From: an uncultured Bacteroidales bacterium | GTDB taxonomy: Bacteria; Bacteroidota; Bacteroidia; Bacteroidales; FEN-979 | Assembly: GCA_903875045.1 (NCBI GenBank) | Contig: CAIQUS010000175.1 | Coordinates: forward strand, 10,409-74,408 | Direction of reading: 5' to 3' | Length of the DNA stretch: 64,000 nt | Part shown: one piece after another, positions 7,990-16,113 of the stretch | Layout: every line of letters begins with the position of its first letter | Numbering within the stretch: position 1 is the first letter of the stretch | The notes under the pieces: model-generated | The model's database searches: none | What the model saw: the letters and a program-made list of their open reading frames with translations, nothing else | Told to the model about the DNA's origin: nothing | Position numbers and translations under genes: made by a program

Positions 7990-10900
7990 ATGGTAAAACA
8001 ATACGATCTCCTGCTTATCCTGTTTTTTTGTTTTTCGTCAGTAAATACATTTTCCAGTGGTGGCCCCGGTGATACCACCACGGTACAAACCTTTACTTTT
8101 GGTTCGAAGCAGGAAGGCAAATTTCTATTTCCTGATGGGTCGCACCGGTGGGGCAAAATTTTGATGGATTATACCCTTAAATGCAACCCTGCCCAGAATC
8201 CTGCCTGCGGGGAATGGGATTATCTCACCTATACTTATCTGTACAGGCACACCGGTAAATGGGATTCAACCAGGTATACCCATGCCAATTACACCTGGAA
8301 TGGTCAAACACCGGATTCACTGATGTATATGGACAACGATTCGTGGTCATTCATACCTTATTTCGAATATTTCAATCAAACCCTGCCGGCGACAACTGCC
8401 CTGGCTGGTGACAGCACCAGCAAATCCCGGTATTTTTTTAGCAATGATGCCACCGATTCAAGGTCCCAGTTTATTTATACTTCTGCCGAACTTGCCCTGG
8501 CCGGAGTCCTGCCGGGCGAAATCACCGGTTTACGCTTCAAATTTTCAGAAGTTGGAAGTCCACTTAAAAGACTCAGAATCAGGATTAAAAACACAACATC
8601 TGATTCCCTGAATCCTGTAAATATTGAAAGTTCAGGGTTTAACGAGGTGCTGGCCCGTGACTGGAAGTTCGATGGGATTGGCTGGCAGATAATCCCGTTC
8701 ACCTTTCCATTTACATGGGATGGAACCTCGAGCATCATTGTGGATATCAGCTATGAAAAACGCTTGCCTGGCGGGCTGAATGAGACTTTTTCAGGGATTC
8801 CGGCATCAGGTTCTCTGATAAGTTCCGGCGTTGATGACGGATTTTTAAAGTTCCGGGATATGGATTTTGTGAAAGTTCCGGCATCAGTTTTTTCAACACT
8901 CGACAGTGAGGTCACGGTGGCTTTCTGGCAATATGGCGATCCGTTGCTGCAGCCGCAGGATAACACGCTGTTTGAGGGGTTTGACAGTGCCGGCAGAAGG
9001 GTGCTCAATGTTCATCTGCCCTGGAGCAATGGCAGGGTATACTGGGATGCCGGTCGTGATTCGACCGGTTACGACCGCATCAACCAAATGGTGAGTGACC
9101 CTGCGAAATACCGTGGAAAATGGAACCACTGGGCTTTTACCAAGGATGCCATCAAAGGACGGATGAAGATTTATCTGAATGGCCAGCTATGGTTTATGCA
9201 GGGAACCAGATACCGTACTTTTGCGGGAATAAAAACGTTCAGGATCGGAAGCGATGGTTCAGGCACTGCAAACTTTTATGATGGTTTGCTTGATGAGTTT
9301 TCAATTTGGAACAAAGCGCTCAGCGATACGGCCATCCGGGCATTCATGTATCAGGATATTTCAAATAATCATCCCGATTATATGCACTTGCTCGCCTATT
9401 ATCAATTCAATTCCATGGCCGGTTTTACGGCATTTGATGCCTCTCCCGGCGGGCATGATGCAACTTTGTCCGGATATCCTGAATGGCAGGGATACAAGGG
9501 AAAAGATCTTTTCCGGAATTTCAATAAGTTGAACGATCGTCCATGTGTTATTCTGGAACAGGGAAACTACAATTCCGCCACACTCGATTCAACCTTAAAA
9601 GTGGACACCGTTGCTAAATCACCCATTATGATTGTTCTTTATGGCGACACCATTCATCCCTACCTTCCTACCGATACACTCACCAAATACCCTGCATGGT
9701 ATGCTGATTATATTTATAATCCGCACGGGCAGGCCATCGATTCTGCTTTAGTAACCCCAAACGGGATGTTCCGCAAAAAGGATTACATCTATTACGGAAA
9801 GCCCTTCGAACTTCTTGAAAGATTTGAACTGGCAAGGTACATCACCCCTTATGGGAACAACCTGAGCCTGGGAAATGGCTGGACCTGGCAATTTGACCTT
9901 ACCGATTATGCACCGTTGCTGCGCGATTCTGTACACCTTTCAGCCGGGAACTGGCAGGAGTTACTCGATATGAAATTCAGGATGATCGAAGGAATACCAC
10001 CCAGGGATGTCCTTGGAATTATGAATATTTATTCCGGAAATCATGGATATGCCAACGAAAGCCAGCATAACCTTCCGCCAGTTACGGTAATCATTGACAC
10101 CAATGTGCACCAGGCCCGATTAAAGATGCGCATCACAGGACATGGTTTCGGCGGAAACCTCAATTGTTCAGAATTTTGCTCACGCACCAATGAACTGAAA
10201 ATTGATGGACTGCATGCATATAATCACGTTGTATGGCGGGCCGACTGTGGCCTGAACCCCCTTTACCCGCAGGGGGGAACATGGCTCTACGACCGTGCTG
10301 AGTGGTGCCCGGGGGCTGAAGTACGGACGAAAAATTTTGAATTGTCCCATCTGGTCATTCCAGGAGATTCGATGACAATTGATTACGACCTTCAGCAGGG
10401 CTATATCTGGAATGGACAGGGAAGCTGGCCTTATTATGCCATTGAATCTCAGCTAATCACTTATGGGAAGCCAAATTTCAAACTGGATGCTGCCATGGAA
10501 GAGATACTGGCACCAAACGACCAAAAACTCTATAACAGGTATAACCCCCTTTGCGGACGTCCCTTCATTGCCATCAAAAACAATGGCACAGAATCTTTAC
10601 ACAGTGCGGTCATTGAATTCGGCCCGGCAGGAGGGAAAGTTCAATCTTATACCTGGACGGGTAATCTTGCCTTCCAGGATACTGCGCGGATTCTGCTTCC
10701 TGCCATTGACTGGAGCGACTGGACCGGTGGAGATAACCGGTTTTTATTTCGGGTTTCCCATCCGAATGGCGGAACAGACGAGTACACTGTGAATGATGCC
10801 ATGAGCGCCCCATTTGTCATTCCGCCAACATGGGAAAATCAACTCATTTTAAAGTTTAAAACAAATCATCTGGCAAGTTCACTGTCATGGGCTTTAACCG

Positions 10901-11439
10901 ATCAGGATGGTGGTATCGTATACGAGAATGGTCCGTTGGAAAACAATACGATTTATATTGATACTTTCAACTTGTCAAAAGGCTGTTACCGGATGATCAT
11001 CCGCAATGCCGATGGTGAAGGGCTTAATTACTGGGCCAACATGCCACCTTATGGCAACGGTACTTCCGGGTATGCACAGATCAAGAGCATGTCGGGGGCG
11101 TTGATAAAATCTTTCCAGGGAGATTTTGGCAGGGAGGTCGCCCAGAGTTTCACAGTGGGGATGACCATCGATGTACCTGAATTGCATCCCGGGGGATATG
11201 TCAATATCTATCCAAATCCCACACAAGGAAACTTTGATATTGCGATCATTCTCGATCACCCTCAAAAAGTGTCCGTTTACATACATGATGCCATGGGAAA
11301 AAGGATTTACCGGGAAATTTTTAACATGATTGAACGAAAAGTCATTCCCATGGAACTAACCTCCTCCCCTGCTGGAATCTACATTGTTACCATTATTACA
11401 GAAACAGGAACAACCATGAATAAAATTGTGAAATATTAA
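7990..11439 (+). CDS. T9SS-secreted PNGase F-like protein with inserted LamG (concanavalin-A-like) domain
   Basis: The N-terminus TVQTFTFGSKQEGKFLFPD...KCNPAQNPACGEWDYL resembles the first beta-sandwich of PNGase F (CDEWDR region). RITGHGFGGNLNCSEFC...PQGGTWLYDRAEWCPGAEV resembles the second (GWGH...CAEWC...RAGWCPG). A LamG signature LDEFSIWNKALS lies between them. The C-terminus IYPNPTQGNFDI...IVKY is a T9SS sorting domain. ATG at 7990 with a signal peptide is preferred to the track start 7963. Confidence 0.7.
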   Translation: MVKQYDLLLILFFCFSSVNTFSSGGPGDTTTVQTFTFGSKQEGKFLFPDGSHRWGKILMDYTLKCNPAQNPACGEWDYLTYTYLYRHTGKWDSTRYTHANYTWNGQTPDSLMYMDNDSWSFIPYFEYFNQTLPATTALAGDSTSKSRYFFSNDATDSRSQFIYTSAELALAGVLPGEITGLRFKFSEVGSPLKRLRIRIKNTTSDSLNPVNIESSGFNEVLARDWKFDGIGWQIIPFTFPFTWDGTSSIIVDISYEKRLPGGLNETFSGIPASGSLISSGVDDGFLKFRDMDFVKVPASVFSTLDSEVTVAFWQYGDPLLQPQDNTLFEGFDSAGRRVLNVHLPWSNGRVYWDAGRDSTGYDRINQMVSDPAKYRGKWNHWAFTKDAIKGRMKIYLNGQLWFMQGTRYRTFAGIKTFRIGSDGSGTANFYDGLLDEFSIWNKALSDTAIRAFMYQDISNNHPDYMHLLAYYQFNSMAGFTAFDASPGGHDATLSGYPEWQGYKGKDLFRNFNKLNDRPCVILEQGNYNSATLDSTLKVDTVAKSPIMIVLYGDTIHPYLPTDTLTKYPAWYADYIYNPHGQAIDSALVTPNGMFRKKDYIYYGKPFELLERFELARYITPYGNNLSLGNGWTWQFDLTDYAPLLRDSVHLSAGNWQELLDMKFRMIEGIPPRDVLGIMNIYSGNHGYANESQHNLPPVTVIIDTNVHQARLKMRITGHGFGGNLNCSEFCSRTNELKIDGLHAYNHVVWRADCGLNPLYPQGGTWLYDRAEWCPGAEVRTKNFELSHLVIPGDSMTIDYDLQQGYIWNGQGSWPYYAIESQLITYGKPNFKLDAAMEEILAPNDQKLYNRYNPLCGRPFIAIKNNGTESLHSAVIEFGPAGGKVQSYTWTGNLAFQDTARILLPAIDWSDWTGGDNRFLFRVSHPNGGTDEYTVNDAMSAPFVIPPTWENQLILKFKTNHLASSLSWALTDQDGGIVYENGPLENNTIYIDTFNLSKGCYRMIIRNADGEGLNYWANMPPYGNGTSGYAQIKSMSGALIKSFQGDFGREVAQSFTVGMTIDVPELHPGGYVNIYPNPTQGNFDIAIILDHPQKVSVYIHDAMGKRIYREIFNMIERKVIPMELTSSPAGIYIVTIITETGTTMNKIVKY

Positions 11440-11458
11440 CAGTTTTGTTTTTATTTCC

Positions 11459-11466
11459 TAAGTTTG
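11459..11466 (+). promoter_or_regulatory. candidate Bacteroidota -7 promoter box (TAAGTTTG)
   Basis: Matches the TAnnTTTG consensus, 28 nt upstream of the ATG at 11494. A TTTG at 11444-11447 is closer than the usual -33 spacing. Confidence 0.25.
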
Positions 11467-11493
11467 CAGCAAATTTACTAAAACTAAAACCTC

Positions 11494-12228
11494 ATGAAAA
11501 AAACGTTATCCGTTGCAATCATTGCCTTGTTATTTATTGCAGGCCCCCTTATGTCACAAAAACAACTCTATTTTGGGCTTGCCGGTACCGGATTGAGTTC
11601 TGTTATCACCAACCAGAATAATTATGGACTACCCTTTGAAATGGATTATGCTTTTACCATGGGAGGCTCTGGCAATGCAAACATCGGTTTCGACTTTAGC
11701 AACAATATTGGATTGAAACTTGAAATCGGATATTCAATCCTGGGCCAGAAATACACTGACACTTACAATGATACGGTTTATAGCAGAAATATTAAACTGA
11801 ACTATTTACAAATTCCGTTGTTATTTAAATTCAGAACCGGAGGGGATGTGGCAAAATTCTATCTGTTGGTAGGTCCACAGCTTAACCTGCTCCTTTCTGC
11901 TTCGCAGAAGTATTTGAAACAGGATGACATCTTCAATGAAAACTTTACCCCTTCGGACTGGACCAAACCTGTTTTAATCGGTCAGGAAACAATCACCGAC
12001 CGTTATAATTCAATGGATATCATGGGCCGGCTGGATATCGGGGTAGATATCAACCTTGCCAAAAGTCTCTTTTTAAATGTCGGCCTCACCATGGCTTATG
12101 GATTTACGGATATCAACGCAACCGACTGGCAGATAAAAGATCATACCGGGAATTATAATCCTTCCCATAACATTTATGGTGGCATCAACTTTGGCATCAA
12201 TTATGTCTTACCCATCGGATCGAAGTAA
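11494..12228 (+). CDS. outer-membrane beta-barrel protein (porin-family/PorT-like fold)
   Basis: Signal peptide MKKTLSVAIIALLFIAGPLMSQ. Alternating-polarity beta strands run throughout, with an aromatic-rich C-terminal strand (GGINFGINYVL). Confidence 0.6.
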   Translation: MKKTLSVAIIALLFIAGPLMSQKQLYFGLAGTGLSSVITNQNNYGLPFEMDYAFTMGGSGNANIGFDFSNNIGLKLEIGYSILGQKYTDTYNDTVYSRNIKLNYLQIPLLFKFRTGGDVAKFYLLVGPQLNLLLSASQKYLKQDDIFNENFTPSDWTKPVLIGQETITDRYNSMDIMGRLDIGVDINLAKSLFLNVGLTMAYGFTDINATDWQIKDHTGNYNPSHNIYGGINFGINYVLPIGSK

Positions 12229-12255
12229 GTATCTGAAAAATAAAATGTTAGATGG

Positions 12256-12285
12256 AGGCTGCCTGAATAGGTGGCCTTTTTTTTT
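12256..12285. terminator. possible bidirectional terminator between convergent genes
   Basis: An imperfect stem, aggctgc / gtggcct with G-U pairs, is followed by a run of nine T. It lies between the stop at 12228 (+) and the stop at 12284 (-). Confidence 0.4.
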
Positions 12286-13795
12286 ACAAAGTAAACCACG
12301 AACTGCCATCACTGTAGTCCTCAACAATCTGTGGCGAATTATTCATTTTAAAGGTGCCAAGCAAGCCGGAAACCTCCTGCCTGATTTCAACCATTGCATT
12401 GTCCACCATATCCTGCCTGAAGCCTTTTGAACCCAATGTTATCACCAGTTCCATTGAAACGATCCTGCTCACTATTTTGCCCAGTTCCACCAACTTCCGT
12501 TGAGGCAGGGTGGTCAATAAATCAAACTGCAACTGATCCTGCATTGCCCTTGCTGCATTTTCGGTGTGCCGGTAGTGTTTAAGAAAACTGTACAGATTAT
12601 GTTCCCTTGATTTTTTCATTCGCTTTATCAATCCTTCAGCAACCTGTGCATAAAGCATATCGTTTGAGCCTTCAAAAATCTGAAATGGCCGGCTATCGAT
12701 AATCCCACGGCCTCCAATATGGCTGAATCTGTATGCCTTAGCCCCGGTAAGTTGAACGAGAGATTGAGCTGCTTCCTGCATAAGATCCGTTACGAAACTT
12801 TTTATCGAATTGGCAACCATGCTACTGGCAGAGAGGTCATGCTCCAATCCTGCATTTTGGCTGCTATAGGCACACATAGCTGAAGCAATCGTAAAAGATG
12901 CCTGAAGTCTTGCCAGGCGCTGCTGAACCTGATCGTAATGAATCAGGCTGTGTCCCCCGGCCCTTCGATGCCGGCAATGGTCAAAAGCCTCATCCATCAT
13001 CCGCTGAATAAAACCAAGCGCCATACCCGGAAAATGGAGGCGGCTTCTGTGCAACAGGTCGAGGAGCAACTTGATCCCTGTAGTTTTTGGAACAAGACGG
13101 TGCGATGCCGGTACATGTATATCAATCAGGTTTCGCCCGTAAGGAATCTGGTGAAGTCCAAGATTGTCAAAAAGTTCATCTACTACGATTTTCTGCCCAG
13201 GCTGTGTCACATCGCAGATGAAAAAATCGATGTCGCGTTTAAGTTCACCGCTGACACCCATTTCGCGGGCGGTGAGCAGCCAGTATTGGGCGGAGCCAGT
13301 GAGCCCTGCCCAGTGTTTTGTACCCCGGATTTGAAAATGACCATCGTCCCTGGCAATGAAAGAAGTTTGCATATTCAGTGCATCGGTTCCGAAACCGGGT
13401 TCAGTGATCATGAGTCCGCCCATGTTCCCATCGTTCATAAACTTGCTGAAAATCACGCCTTTGACCTCCTCCCTGGCATATTTTACCACGGGTTGGATAA
13501 ACAATCCCGAATTGATGCCGAGCGTGAGTGAAAGGGCAAGCGATTCATACGAAGCCGCAGAAAGCGTTGCCAGAATTTCATCGATCCGCCCTCCCCTGCC
13601 GCCAAACTCACATGGAATGCTAACAGAAAGCGGGTTAACAGGCATAATTTCATTGAGTAGACCGGATGGGATACCACGTGGCAGAATTAACCGATCCGTT
13701 TCTTCCTGTTCCCTGTATACTTTCTTCATCCGGTCCTTCAAATCTTTCAGAAACGACTGAAAAGGGATCTGCTCATACATACTGCTAATTTTCAT
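12284..13795 (-). CDS. acyl-CoA dehydrogenase family protein
   Basis: 503 aa with ACAD-like blocks: GGLMITEPGFGTDALNMQT, GTKHWAGLTG, FEGSNDMLYAQVAEGL. Confidence 0.8.
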   Translation of the reverse strand: MKISSMYEQIPFQSFLKDLKDRMKKVYREQEETDRLILPRGIPSGLLNEIMPVNPLSVSIPCEFGGRGGRIDEILATLSAASYESLALSLTLGINSGLFIQPVVKYAREEVKGVIFSKFMNDGNMGGLMITEPGFGTDALNMQTSFIARDDGHFQIRGTKHWAGLTGSAQYWLLTAREMGVSGELKRDIDFFICDVTQPGQKIVVDELFDNLGLHQIPYGRNLIDIHVPASHRLVPKTTGIKLLLDLLHRSRLHFPGMALGFIQRMMDEAFDHCRHRRAGGHSLIHYDQVQQRLARLQASFTIASAMCAYSSQNAGLEHDLSASSMVANSIKSFVTDLMQEAAQSLVQLTGAKAYRFSHIGGRGIIDSRPFQIFEGSNDMLYAQVAEGLIKRMKKSREHNLYSFLKHYRHTENAARAMQDQLQFDLLTTLPQRKLVELGKIVSRIVSMELVITLGSKGFRQDMVDNAMVEIRQEVSGLLGTFKMNNSPQIVEDYSDGSSWFTL

Positions 13796-14010
13796 TTATT
13801 GATTTCCAGTTGTTCAAGCTCAAGCCCACATCTGGTTTTATGGTGCAAATGTACCAGTTTCTCAGGAAATATTTCTTTGACAATCCTATGAAAATATTTG
13901 AAAACCAAAATGTTTGATTAAGGTAATATTTCAAATAAAAAGTGACGTTTTTTTTTGGGCCATGTATACGTGAAAATGTTTACTTTTAACCTTGCTAACA
14001 ATGCATTCAA

Positions 14011-16101
14011 ATGAAAACTAAACCAGACCTAAATAAACCGGGCACTGATGTAGTAAAAGACATACAACTGAGTGATATTTTCGATATTGACGAGATACAG
14101 CACCTGCAGGATTTATTTTCAGATGCCATGGGTGTCGCGTCCATTATCACCCATCCGGATGGTACGCCAATAACGAAACCGAGTAATTTCTGCAGGTTGT
14201 GCAATGACATTATCCGTAATACAGAAAGAGGACGTGCAAATTGCTATCAGTCGGATGCAATTCTTGGTCGTATGAGCACTTCAGGGGCAATTGTGCAGCC
14301 TTGCCTGAGCGGAGGTTTATGGGATGCAGGAGCCGGCATTGCTGTGGGCGGTAAAAATATTGCCAACTGGTTAATCGGACAGGTACGGAACGAGGAATTG
14401 GATGAGCAGCGAATGATTCGGTACGCCGATGAGATTGGTGCAAACAAAGAAGAGTTCATGGCGGCGTTGAGGGAAGTCCCGATGATGTCCCTTGACCAGT
14501 TTAAAAAAGTTTCGAATATGCTTTTTGCATTTGCCAATGAACTTTCACAAAAGGTTTACAACAATTTTCAACTGAAAATGCAAAATGCTGCACATGAAGA
14601 TGCATTGAACGCATTACGTGAAAGTGAAGAGTTTAACCGCCAAATCATGCAGAATGCCAACGAAGGTATTTGGATGGTTGACATGAATGAAAATACAACC
14701 TACATCAACAGTAAAATGGCGGATATGTTAGGCTATACTGTTGAGGAGATGACCGGAATGAATGTGTCTGACTTTCTGATTCCTGAAGATATCCAGGATC
14801 ACAGAGATAAAACATTTCAGCGGATGGCCGGGAACCCCGGTCATTATGAGCGGCGAATTAAACAAAAAAACGGAGAGGAAATATGGACGATTGTTTCTTC
14901 AAGTTCAATCATCGATAAAACAGGTGTTTATTCCGGTTCGCTCGGTATGTTTCAGGACATCACTGAGCGTAAACAAGCTGAGGAAAAAATCAAAAAAATC
15001 GGACTCCATTATCAGGCCATCATTGAAAAAGCACCTGACGGGATTGTACTGATCAATAACGACGGAGCATTTATCTACGTCAGCCCTGCGGCTGCGAAGA
15101 TGTTCGGACTCAGTGTTGAAGAGGCGATTTCCCGTCACCCCAATGACTACACACATCCTGATGATTTGCCTATGGTTTTAGGCGAATTATTCAAGTTGCT
15201 TGAAGATCCTTCATATACTCCAACCCTGCAATACCGTTTCGCCGATAACACCGGAAACTGGAAATGGATTGAAAGTACGATGAGTAATTTGCTTGCTGAT
15301 CCCAATGTTGAAGCGATTGTGATTAATTTCCGTGATATCTCTGACCGAAAACAGTCAGAAAAAGAGCTACGTGAATTAAACAATGAATTGGATACACGTG
15401 TTCAACAACGTACAACTGAACTGGAGGCAGCCATTAAAGAGCTTGAAACATTTTCCTACTCTGTTTCACATGACCTGAAAGCGCCATTGAGGCACATCAA
15501 TGGATTTCTTGAGATTTTTCTTGAAAAAACATCTGCAAACTTCACGGAAGAAGAACTTGGTTATCTGAAAAACATTTCCCGTTCTGCATCGGAAATGGGG
15601 CTGCTGATTGATGCAATCCTCTCCTTTTCGAGGCTCAACCAGGCTGAATTACGAAAAACCAGAATCCAGTCCTCTGTAATGGTCCGGCAAGTTATTAATT
15701 TCTTTGAACCGGAAATACAAAACAGGCAGATTACTTTCCATGTTGAGCCACTTCATGATGTTCAAGGTGATGAAGGCCTTATCAGGCAAGTATGGACCAA
15801 CCTGATTTCAAATGCGATCAAATATACCGGTAAAAAGTCTGAAGCGATAATCGAAATTGGCAGTTTCTCAACCCCAACTGAAACTGCTTTTTTTGTAAAA
15901 GACAACGGCGCAGGGTTTAACATGAAATATGTACATAAATTATTTGGTGTTTTCCAACGGCTGCATAAGTCACGTGAATTTGACGGGATAGGGATCGGAT
16001 TGGCCAATGTTAACCGAATCGTTAAGCGTCATGGGGGCCATTGCCGGGCCGAAGGCGAACAGGATAAAGGTGCGACTTTTCACTTTAGTATACCGGATTA
16101 A
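14011..16101 (+). CDS. sensor histidine kinase: PocR - PAS - PAS - HisKA/HATPase (class-A transmitter)
   Basis: PocR-type domain (IFDIDEIQHLQDLFSDAMGVASIITHPDGTPITKPSNFCRLC...ANCYQSD...QPCLSGGLWDAG...GQV). Two PAS S-boxes. H-box FSYSVSHDLKAPLRHINGF, N-box NLISNAIKYTG, G-boxes DNGAGF and GIGIGLANV. Confidence 0.9.
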   Translation: MKTKPDLNKPGTDVVKDIQLSDIFDIDEIQHLQDLFSDAMGVASIITHPDGTPITKPSNFCRLCNDIIRNTERGRANCYQSDAILGRMSTSGAIVQPCLSGGLWDAGAGIAVGGKNIANWLIGQVRNEELDEQRMIRYADEIGANKEEFMAALREVPMMSLDQFKKVSNMLFAFANELSQKVYNNFQLKMQNAAHEDALNALRESEEFNRQIMQNANEGIWMVDMNENTTYINSKMADMLGYTVEEMTGMNVSDFLIPEDIQDHRDKTFQRMAGNPGHYERRIKQKNGEEIWTIVSSSSIIDKTGVYSGSLGMFQDITERKQAEEKIKKIGLHYQAIIEKAPDGIVLINNDGAFIYVSPAAAKMFGLSVEEAISRHPNDYTHPDDLPMVLGELFKLLEDPSYTPTLQYRFADNTGNWKWIESTMSNLLADPNVEAIVINFRDISDRKQSEKELRELNNELDTRVQQRTTELEAAIKELETFSYSVSHDLKAPLRHINGFLEIFLEKTSANFTEEELGYLKNISRSASEMGLLIDAILSFSRLNQAELRKTRIQSSVMVRQVINFFEPEIQNRQITFHVEPLHDVQGDEGLIRQVWTNLISNAIKYTGKKSEAIIEIGSFSTPTETAFFVKDNGAGFNMKYVHKLFGVFQRLHKSREFDGIGIGLANVNRIVKRHGGHCRAEGEQDKGATFHFSIPD

Positions 16102-16113
16102 CAACGGATTCAA

